Shown here one piece after another: positions 50,866-60,745 of a DNA stretch of 64,000 nucleotides. The notes beneath the pieces were generated by a model. It was not told the origin of the DNA, did not search any database, and worked only from the letters and a program-made list of their open reading frames with translations. The position numbers were made by a program, and so were the translations under genes. Where the stretch lies: contig CM069136.1 of assembly GCA_035221665.1 (NCBI GenBank), positions 40,982,001 to 41,046,000 on the forward strand, written 5' to 3'. Source of the DNA: Okamejei kenojei. Lineage: Eukaryota. Position 1 is the stretch's first letter. The number at the start of each line of letters is the position of its first letter.

Positions 50866-52439
50866 TGGTTGTGAAACACATTTGCGGGACAGAAAGGAAA
50901 AACTTGGTTGACACATACCTGACTTAGTTTGAAAAATAGAAAAACTTTAATAAGTGTTACACATGATCATAATAGGATTTATTACATATTGCTTACAGAT
51001 ACATATAGGTGATACCGATAAAATTGTCGAAACTGTATACAATTTAGCTTTCAGCAAGGAAAAAAAATCAAAATGCCACTTGTAACATAAATGTTTTAGG
51101 ATATCACTGATGTTTAGCCCCTGATTTTACTTCGGAGTCGGGTATGCCGCATGCGCACCAGTACGTCAGCCGCATTGACGCACGGAGGCTGCGAGGATCA
51201 GAGCTCCTCCAGCGGTAAGTATGCAGACTCCAGGTAAGTTTTTAAAAACTTTTTCTGGAGTTCGAGTCCGTGCTGGCTGGTACGCTATACCGAGTGCTGG
51301 CATGGAAAAAACAGGGAAGGGAAAGCGGCAAGGATCAAGCAGCAGCGGCAGCTCAGGCTTGGAAGCCCTGCCTTATACCCCTGTTCAGTCGCTAGCACAG
51401 CACAGAGCCGCCGCCATTAGGGCGCAAGGAGTCGGGGGAGTCTTCGGTTTGATTCCTCACCGGGGCTGGATAGAGTGTGTACACGCCTATCCCAAGTAGA
51501 GGAGCTGTTGCATACAGTCCTCCAAAGAACTTCACTCCAAGATTAGTGAGTGGCAGCGCTCAGAGAAAGAAGCGCCAGCAGTGCTGCCAGAAAACCCTTT
51601 TCATTTTGAAGGGAGTACAATGGGTCAGGGCAGTCCTGAGCCCGAATCTGATGGGGAAGTTCAGCCAGAAGAAACAGTAGAATTACCAGATGTTCCACCA
51701 CTGGCAGTTCCATTTGCTGTACCATCAGGAGCAGGTGAGCCACTAGGTGAAGAGCTGGCTACCACAATAAATTACATGGTGTCTCATCAGCTCCAGGAGC
51801 TTACTATGGATGAGACAGCCAAAAAAACATGAGCCTCCAAGCAACTGTGAGTTGTTAAGAGTTCCAACTGTGAATCAAGTTATATGGGGCCAAATGGGAC
51901 CCGGCATGCGAAGTCAAGAGATTAAAATCCAGAGAATTTTAAAGTTATTGGCTGCTGGCATTACAGCATTTGCAAGAACAATGGATGGTGGTTTTGTGAC
52001 CAGAACACACCAAGAGGGTCTAGGGTTGTTATGTAACACCCATTTCGAGATCAATTGTCTCAGGAAAAGGGCTATAGGCCCACCATTAATCCCAGATATG
52101 CTTCGCTTTGCAAACCAGCAAATATTCAACCACCTGATCTACTGTTTGGTGCAGATCTTACCAAACAGGTCAAAGAAATAAATGAAGATGCAAAAACAAT
52201 GAGCTTGATGAGACCAATGATGCACGGCAGACAGCTGAAGAGAAAGTATCCTTATAGAACCACCTCAGCATCCGGGGCTACACCAGGGACAAGTCGGTCC
52301 TCAGCGCAGGGGCGTGGATGGTATCCTTCGGCTGGAGCACGAGCAACCATGGGGGCTACTGCCAGACGCTGGAGTCAGCAGGGTGCATCAGTTACCAGAG
52401 AGGTAAGTGGACCTGGTTCTCATAAAAACATATTAATTG

Positions 52440-53844
52440 TAACACAGGAAAAAGTTGGTGGTAGATTACAGCTTTTTTATAACGAATGGAAGCAGCTTAC
52501 TTCAGATCTGTTTATTAGGAGTGTGATTCAAGGGTTTCAAATTGAATTCATTACAAATGGTGATTTACCTTTCCAACATGTTCCTAGTAGAACACTTTAT
52601 TTTCACACACAGAAGTAATGGAGGTTCAAGCTGAACTCTCAAAATTATGGAACAAAGGTGTAATTGAGAAAACAGTTCAACAAGTCCATCAATTTGTGTT
52701 AAATATTTTTCCCTGCCCTAAAAAGTATGGAGGATGCAGAATAATTTTGCATCTGACAAAATTAAATCCATTTGTACTCGACAGACATTTCAAAATGGAA
52801 ACGCTGGTTACGGCCAAGCAACTAATTTCCAGACGTTGTTATATGGCAACCATTGATCTGAAAGATGCGTATTATTCAGTGCCTGCTCATTGCGAGCATA
52901 GAAGGTATTTCAAATTCATTTGGATGAATCAATTATGGCAGTTTAAGGCACTGCCAAATGGATTAACCTCAGCTCCTAGAGTATTCACTAAGTTGTTAAA
53001 ACCAATTTTTGGACTACTTAGAGGTCAGGGCCATGTGATTATGGCTTATTTGGATGATATTTTGATAATTGGGCAAACAAAAGAAATAGCTGAAACATCA
53101 GTGGCAATTGTCAAAACCACATTTGAAAGGTTGGGGTTTATCATTCATTTGGGTAAATCCAAATTAACACCAATTACAACAATTATTTTTTTGGGGTTCT
53201 CAATTGACTAAATTAAAATGGTAATTTCTTTGCCCAGGGGAAAAAGTACAGAGCTAATTGAGGATTGTTTAAAGCTTTTAAACCAGCATAAACCTTCAAT
53301 TAGACAAGTTGATAGGTCCATGCAATTATCAGCAGAAGCAATTACTGATATTTTATGGTGGTTCCAACATGTCTCCAGTAGTTTCAACACAGCTGTGCTA
53401 GAACAACCTTCCATGGTCTTACAGACTGATGTCAGTGCACTTGGGTGGGGTGCCACAGACACAAATTCAAGTTGTGGAGGAAGATGGAGTATGGAAGAAG
53501 CGTTGCTTCTGCAGACATGGGGAATTAATCATTTGGAGCTTTTAGGAGCATTTTATGGGCTCAAAGCTTATTGTTCTAACAAACGCAGTCTGCACGTTCA
53601 GCTCCAAATTGATAACACCACGGCAGTCGCATATGTTAATCACATGGGTGGTATCAAGTCGGTATCTTGTGATAGACTGGCAAACCAAATCTGGATCTGG
53701 TGTATTGACAAACACATCTGGCTCTCAGTTATTTATCTGCCAGGGAAATTTAATACTGTGGCAGGCTCCAGGTCACGAAAGTTCCATGACAACATTGAGT
53801 GGATGTTGAATCAATATGTGTTCAAAGAGATCATTGTCAAATAA
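52440..53844 (+). pseudogene. DIRS reverse transcriptase / RNase H (frameshifts, stops, internal deletion)
   Basis: VGGRLQLF, HFKME, IDLKDAYYSVP, ALPNGLTSAPRVFTK, AYLDDILI; RNase H QTDVSALGWG, INHLELLGA, IDNTTAVAYVNHMGG. Confidence 0.93.
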
Positions 53845-54133
53845 TGGTACGCCAGATGTCGACTTGTTTGCATCTAGGCTAAACCACCAGCTTCCCAAAT
53901 ATGTATCATGGGAACCAGATCCTGGCGCAGTAGCGATTGACGCTTTCTCGCTGAATTGGGGTGGTATGTATATATATGCATTTCCTCCATTTTGCCTCAT
54001 AAATCGATGTCTGCTTAAAATCAAGCAGGACAATGCTTCAGGAGTACTGGTGATACCCGACTGGCCTACCCAGCCATGGTACCCTTTGATTCTACAGCTG
54101 ATGACACAACCCCTGATGGCTGTTCCCAAATGA
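53816..54133 (+). pseudogene. DIRS DNA N6-adenine methyltransferase-like domain
   Basis: DVDLFASRLN...DAFSLNW...YAFPPF...PDWPTQPWYP, the standard DIRS MT-like domain. Confidence 0.88.
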
Positions 54134-54201
54134 AGGGATTTATTGGTGCATCCAGTAACAGGCGAATGCCATCCATTATATGACCGTATTGATTTGTTAA
54201 T

Positions 54202-55182
54202 TTGCAGATTCTAAGAAGGCCATATCTGGGGCATGGATTGTCGGGGCGTACTGTGGATATGCTTACTGCATCTTGGAGATCGAGTACTCAAAAGCAGTAT
54301 TTTTGTTATGTAAAAAAATGGGAAGCTTATTGTATACAAAATGATATTGACTATTGTACAGCAAGTGTCTCACATGTTTTGGAGTTTTTGTCAACCCTCT
54401 ACTATGATGAAGGATTAAGTTATAGTGCAATCAATACAGAAATAAGTACTTTGTGATCATATTTAGGGATGAAGTCAGACAAACAGTCGATTGGGTCTCA
54501 CCCTTTTGTTGTTCGATTGATGAAGGGCATTTTTAATTCCAGACCTCCCAAACCTAGATATATGGCTATTTGGGATGTGAGTATGGTCCTTAGAATGCTA
54601 CGTCAGTGGGTTCCTATCTCATCTTTGTCTTTGACCAAAATCACCATGAAGGTGGCCATGCTTATGGCGTTGGTTTCAGCACAAAGGGTACAGTAGTTAC
54701 AAAAATTACAGTTAGGCAGAATGGAAACTGCTGCAAACAACATTATGTTTTACATTTATGACCTCCTCAAGCAAAGTAGGCCAGGTGTCACACGGTTTAA
54801 AATAGTATTTTCAGCATATCCCACGGATCCATCCTTTTGCCTAAAAACACATTTGATGCAATACATTGCAGCTACAGAGGCCTTACGTAACAGGGAGATG
54901 GGATTGTTTATCAGTTATAAAAAACCACATAAGAGAGTGCCAGTTAACACTATTTCAAGATGGCTGAAACAAGTTTTGATTGATGCAGGTATTAACACGG
55001 ATGTGTTTACATCTCATTCCACTAGGGCAGCAGCTACATCGGCGGCCAAAGTGAAGGTCATGCCCGTCGACCACATTATGGCGGCCGCCGGATGGGCAAA
55101 TGAGCTGATGTTTCAGAATTTTTATCATCGGCCAATTGTCAATCCAGGACTGTTTGCCAATGCTATTCTAAGTTCTGTTTAA
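54202..55182 (+). pseudogene. DIRS tyrosine recombinase (in-frame stops)
   Basis: SWRSSTQKQY, PPKPRY..IWDV, LMALVSAQRVQ, FTSHSTRAAATS, AAGW...FQNFY catalytic motifs. Confidence 0.93.
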
Positions 55183-56289
55183 GTACCTAAATTTAAGGGG
55201 TACTGTCGTTTGTTTACATTGTTAAATAAACCCTATTACTACATTGAATGCAATGTTACTACTAATGCATTTATTTCTCTTTCGAGTCAATCAATGCAGC
55301 GGGATGCCGAAATTTGTAATCTGCGGCATGAAATCACAAAGCTTTGAACTCTTCACGGAATCACTCACGTGACTCCGAAGTAAAATAGTAAGAATAAACG
55401 AGAAATTACCAGTTCGAAGTTTGATCTTGATTTTATGAGGAGTTACGTTGGTGATTACATGCCCGCCACGCCCAAATCTCTCTCACAAAAGATCATACGG
55501 TAGTTCTCGAGTCACTGATCTTACTATGTACTTCGGTGTTGTTTATTTGTGATTTCATACCGCTGCTTTGAAGTTTGGTGCGCATGCGGCCTGGCGGGTC
55601 TTCTTCACGTAATCATCAACATAACTCCTCATAAAATCAAGATCAAACTTTAACTGGTAAGTTCTCGTTTAATCTTACTATTGATGAGCTCAAAATGTGC
55701 TGAAAATCACAAGAATCCCATGTAGTTTTATATAACCTTTTTAACTTTGTTTACTTAGTTTCAAATGAATCTTAGCATAACAAATGTAATATTCAACACA
55801 ACATCCAATCCATAATCAATATTCAATGCATCTTAAATAACAGCCAGGGGATTTAGAACCTCTTCTGAAAGAGAAAGGTGAGCCAGCTGTTATTTGGCAT
55901 CCAGAGCAACTCTGACAGAAACCTTCGCATAGCAGAGACATTTGTACACATTAAAGAAAAATACAACTCAGAAAACTGAGATTCACATAATACAACTCAT
56001 TCAATTCCTCGCTAATTAAAAAATTGACATAAGTGTCGCATGTTCAAAATCAAAACTGAATTTCCTATGGTTAAATGTTCTCTTTTTTTAAACAATTTCT
56101 TTATCTGCTTGTACTTTCAGTAGTATTGTTAATGCTTTATGAGAAACTGAAGTAAATGGAAAGTAAAATTAAGCCGTTGTGCAATTACCCATAGCCAGCT
56201 CTAAATGACAAATTGATATTAAGGAATGGAAGTCACAGTCAATTTAATGATTGTTTACACCATCACCAGTTCCCCAACTTAATAGGTCA

Positions 56290-56465
56290 CCAAATTTTCC
56301 CAGGGCATGTACTATAATCGGCAATAAATATAGCTGTGCTGCAGTCACTCAGTAAAAAAGATTATCTGGTCATTACTGCATTGGTGTGTGTAGATATTTG
56401 CTATGTGTAAAGCAGCTGCTGATATTATTGCATAAAACAGTGATCACATTTCTACTTTACTGGCT
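56290..56465 (+). mobile_element. Ancient DeuSINE (SacSINE1-like) remnant
   Basis: agattatctggtcatta...ttgctatgtgtaaa..gctgc...aacagtgatcacattt resembles the Deu-domain as I recall it. Confidence 0.5.
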
Positions 56466-56474
56466 GAGATCTTA

Positions 56475-57280
56475 TATGAGGCTGCAGGGTGACTTGGATA
56501 GGTTGGGTGAGTGGGCAGATGCATGGCAGATGCAGTATAATGTGGAGTTATGCACTTTGGTGGTAAGAACAAGAAGGTAGATTATTATCTGAATGGTGTC
56601 AGATTAGGAAAAGTGGAGATGCAACGACACATGGGTGTGCTTGTACATCAGTCACTGAAAGTAAGCATGCAGGTACATCAGGCCATGAAGAAAGCAAATG
56701 GCATGTTGGCCTTCATAGCGAGAGGATTTGAGTATAGGAGTAAGGAGGTCCTACTGCAGTTGAACAGGGTCCTGGTGAAACCACATCTGGAGTATTGTGT
56801 GCAGTTTTGGTCTCCTAACTAGAGGAGGGAAATTCTTGCTATTGAGGGAGTCCAGCGTAGGTTCACCAGGTTAATTCCCGGGATGGAGGGACTGACATAT
56901 GATGAAAGAATGGATCGACTGGGCTTATATTCATTGAAATTTAGGATGAGAGGATATCCTATGGAAACATATAAAATTCTTAAGGGATTGGAGAGTTAGA
57001 TGCAGGAAAAATTGTCCCGATGTTGAGGGAGTCCAGAGCCAGGGGTCACAGTTTAAGAATAAGGGGCAGGCCATTTGGGACTGAGATGAGGAAAGACGTT
57101 TTCACCCAGGCCAATTCAATGGACGATTACAAGAGAGATATAGCTCTTAGGGCCAACAGAATCAAGAGGTATGGGGATAAAGCAGGAACGGGGTACTAAC
57201 TTTGCTTGATCAGCCATGATCATATTGAATGGCGGCGCTGGCCAGATGGCCTACTCCTGCACTGATTTACTATGTTTCTA
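56475..57280 (+). mobile_element. CR1 LINE 3' fragment
   Basis: LQGDLDRLGEWADAWQMQYN...LVKPHLEYCVQFWSP; 3' UTR and tail. Confidence 0.92.
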
Positions 57281-58252
57281 AGATGTAGGATATTTACCAA
57301 ATCTTTTTTTTTTGCCCCACAATTGCAAACATTTTTTTAAACGGCATGCATTTTGGACATAGCAGAAACCTCAAAATAGCACTTCTTTGTGCATCTGATA
57401 ATTATAAAAATGATTTCCCAGTGTTAAAAACAGGAGCATCAGTGGGCCATTCAGCCTTGCGAGCCTGCCCCTGCGCTCAAGAAGATCATGGCTGAACTAA
57501 CTTGAAAAACTTTCTTGACCTGTCCCCACATCTTTTGATTTCTCTCATGTCCAGAAATCTATCAACAGGTTTTCAGTGCAATAGTTACATATTCCACTGT
57601 TCTTTGGCATACAGAATTCCAAAGATTCACCCTCAGTGAAGAAATGTTTCCCCATTTCAATCCTAAATGTAAAGGCATGGGATTTTTAAACAACCAAGGA
57701 AATACTGAAGGAGACATCTGTTGCTAACTAGAGGTTACAAGTTCAACTTAAAATATTTCTGCAATTCTATGGGAAAGATTTTTTCCCCATATATTAACGG
57801 TTAATGACTTATGGTTGCATCACACTCTGTTCCACATTTTCAATCACCAGATAGTTGTAGTCCTCTCAACAGTATGTTTGTGGAACAACAATGCCCTCCA
57901 TAGACTTTACAAATGTGCGAGAAAATAAATCTTGCTTAAAAATATGGTTCGGGGAGGAACTTTCAGAGCAGGAATCCACATCAGTTAAATGATGGTGGGG
58001 TTATCTTGAGTATCTGTTCAAATTAATTTTTCATTTGATTTGACCCTCAACTGAAAGGTAATGGAGTTTTTTTAATAAATGAGCTGGCTGTGTCAACTGC
58101 TCTGCCTAATCCCAAACTTGCTTTAATCAGACCTTACAAGGGAACAGATTGGTCTTGTGTAGCACTCATCTTGAGCTGCATCAGCTCTCATCTGTAAACT
58201 GCGTAAATTAGATTTTAAACAACAGGCACAAGTTTTAATTCAGAGATTCAAA

Positions 58253-58545
58253 GTTTAGTTCAGTTTAGAGATAAACATCGGAAACAGGCCCTTCGGCCAA
58301 CGAGTCTGCACTGGCCAGCGATCCCCGCACATTAACGCTATCATATACACACGAGGAAAAATTGTACATGTATACAAAGCCAATTAATCTACAAACCTGT
58401 ATGTCTTAGGAGTGTGGGAGGAAACCGAAGATCTTGGAGAAAACCCACGCAGGTCATGGGGAGAATGTACAAACTCTGTACAAACAGCACCCTTCGTCTC
58501 TGGCCCTGTAAGGCAGCAACTCTACCGCAGCGCCACCGTGCCGCT
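58253..58545 (-). mobile_element. HE1-type V-SINE
   Basis: Reverse complement starts gcggcacggtggcgctgcggtagagttgctgccttacag; V-core and CR1 tail present. Confidence 0.9.
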
Positions 58546-58989
58546 CAGGAATGCAACATTTACAAATTCCCTTTCATTTCAGTGAATGTGATTTGTTTGT
58601 TCTCCATCTGTTATAAATGTAGTTCAATACTCCCCGCAGTTTGGATGTGATCATTTTTCATTGTGAAATTTTGACTTTGTAGGGCATATGGAAAAAAGAC
58701 GTTTAAGACAAGTTATTAGGAAGGATAAATAGTCTGTGTTTAACCAGAAGTCTTTTAAAAAAAGAAAAGAGATGTGAAAGGCAAGGTGCACAAAGAGGGT
58801 AAAGTATCAGTGGATCAAAAGTCATTACAAGTCAAATTCAAACGATCACACTGATTGTACCAAGCTAGTATTGGAAAGTTATGCTGGTGAAATGGCTGTG
58901 CCAAATTAAAAGGGATTGGACATTAATTGAGTAAATGCTACATCAACACAAGAGAATACAATGCAGGAATGAGTGGGTTAACATATGAT

Positions 58990-59484
58990 GAGCGTTTGTA
59001 TCAACGGGTCGATGGTGGATAGGGTCAAGAACTTCAAATTCCCGGACGTGCATATTTCCGAATATCTCTCATGGTCCCAGAACTCTGATGCAATCATAAA
59101 GAAAGCACATCAGCGCCTCTACTTCCTGAGAGGATTACGGAGAGTCAGTATGTCAAGGAGCACTCTCTCAAACTTCTACAGGTGCACAGTAGAGAGCATG
59201 TTGACCGGTTGCATAGTGGCTTGGTTCGGCAACCTGAGCGTCCAGGAGCGGAAAAGGCTGCAAAAAGTTGTAAACACTGCCCAGTCCATCATCGGCTCTG
59301 ACCTCCCTACCATTGAGGGGATCTATAGCAGGTGCTGTCTCAAAAAGGCTACCAGCATCATCAAGGACCCACGCCATCCTGGCCACACGCTCGTCTCTCT
59401 GCTGCCATCAGGTAGAAAGTACAGGAGCCTGAAATCTGCAACATCCAGGTTCAGGAACTGCTTCTTCACCACAGCCATCAGACT
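58990..59484 (+). mobile_element. Rex1/Babar LINE fragment, cut at its 3' end by a DIRS insertion
   Basis: KKAHQRLYFLR...FYRCTVESMLTGCIVAWFGN...HPGH...LLPSGRKYRS...RFRNCFF. Confidence 0.9.
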
Positions 59485-60389
59485 ATTTTACTTCGGAGTC
59501 ACGTGAGTGACTACGTGAAAAAGCCCCGCCAGGCGCATGCGCGTCATTACGTCGACGCATGTCGCATTGAACGGAGCTGGAGAGCGCAGCTCCACCAGCG
59601 GTAAGTAGAAAACCTCGCAGGTAAGTGTTTAAAACTTTCCAGCGAGACTTAAGCTCCGTAAGGCTGGCTTGTGAGTCAGCAGGAGCCTGTGGTACAGTAG
59701 GAGGAGCAAGCGTGGGTCACGCAGCATTGCGGTCCCATCGCAGCGATCGGGAAAATAGATAAGTGCGGTGCCGGTTCCAATACCGGTGGACGTTATTCCG
59801 TAGTTAATAACCCTCCAGCTGCTCTAGAGTCGCACGGGCTGAGGCCCCAACGATAGGGAAGCATACAAGGTTTGCTCTGAGTATGTGTTATCAGATGCTG
59901 TTTGCTTAGTTTGATGCGTATGATCTGTGTGATACTGAGATTAATACAAATATTCTGCAAGCAGAATGTGCCTGTCAGAATCTATAATTCTAAACATGAA
60001 CATATATGGTTTATGCACAAATACACAAGAAAATGTAAAATAAAGTAACTCTCCTCCAAGAGAGGACAAGAATGTGGGGGAGACTAGAAATGGAGAAAAT
60101 GCTGCACACTTTACTCAGTCAAGGGTCCAAAGACCCAAAGATTCCCAGGCAGCCTCCGAAGGAGTTCCATACACTGTGTATGGTGCCTGTTAAAAATGGG
60201 AATCTGACTTTCCAGTGCCTTGTTAGGTCTGGATGAGGTCTCCCTAGAGCAAGACTAAAATGCTCCAAACTTTAATCAGTCAAAGGTCCAAAGACCCAGA
60301 GATTCCCAGGCAGCCTCCGAAGGAGTTCCATACACTGAGTATGCATACCTGCCAACTTGTGAGATTGAAAAATCGGAATCCTATTAGTC

Positions 60390-60520
60390 TGACGTCAGTG
60401 AGGGCGGGGCACATGACGTCAGTAAGGGGCGGGGCAGGTGACGTCAGTTAAGGGGCGGGGCAAGTGACGTCAGTAAGGGGCGGGGTACGTGACGTCAGTG
60501 AGGGCGGGAAAGTGACCTCA
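60390..60520 (+). promoter_or_regulatory. ~25-bp tandem array, each unit a full CRE (TGACGTCA) plus GC box
   Basis: TGACGTCA at 60390, 60414, 60439, 60465, 60490 and TGACCTCA at 60513; the first five are each followed by gggcggg. The motifs are certain, the function is untested. Confidence 0.6.
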
Positions 60521-60523
60521 GGG

Positions 60524-60745
60524 GGGTTACACAAAATGCTGGAGAAACTCAGCGGGTGCAGCAGCATCTAAGGAGCGAAGGAGATAGGCGACGTTTCGGG
60601 TCGAGACCCTTCTCAGTCTGAAGAAGGGTCTCGACCCAAAACGTCGCCTATCTCCTTCGCTCCTTAGATGCTGCTGCACCGCTGAGTTTCTCCAGCATTT
60701 TGTGTAACCCTCGATTCTCCAGCATCTGCAGTTTCTTCGTCAACT
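60524..60745. mobile_element. Penelope-derived fold-back element, near-identical to 48803-49022
   Basis: Same inverted arms and tcgattctccagcatctgcagtt tail. Confidence 0.92.

Larger units (their letters stand above)
51124..55682 (+). mobile_element. Structurally complete but mutated DIRS1-type tyrosine-recombinase retrotransposon
   Basis: gag-like, RT, RNase H, methyltransferase-like and YR remnants in order; inverted terminal repeats; internal complementary region at ~55350-55458 matching both termini; ATT at both junctions. Confidence 0.95.

Noticed and set aside
53816-54133. Methyltransferase next to a recombinase and RT as a prokaryote-like defence system
   Set aside because: This is the normal domain set of DIRS1-type retrotransposons, and the DIRS termini are present.
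60390-60520. Regularly spaced repeats as a CRISPR-like array (also 5030-5280 and 9450-9560)
   Set aside because: The units are tandem with no unique spacers, the context is a vertebrate intron and there are no cas genes.
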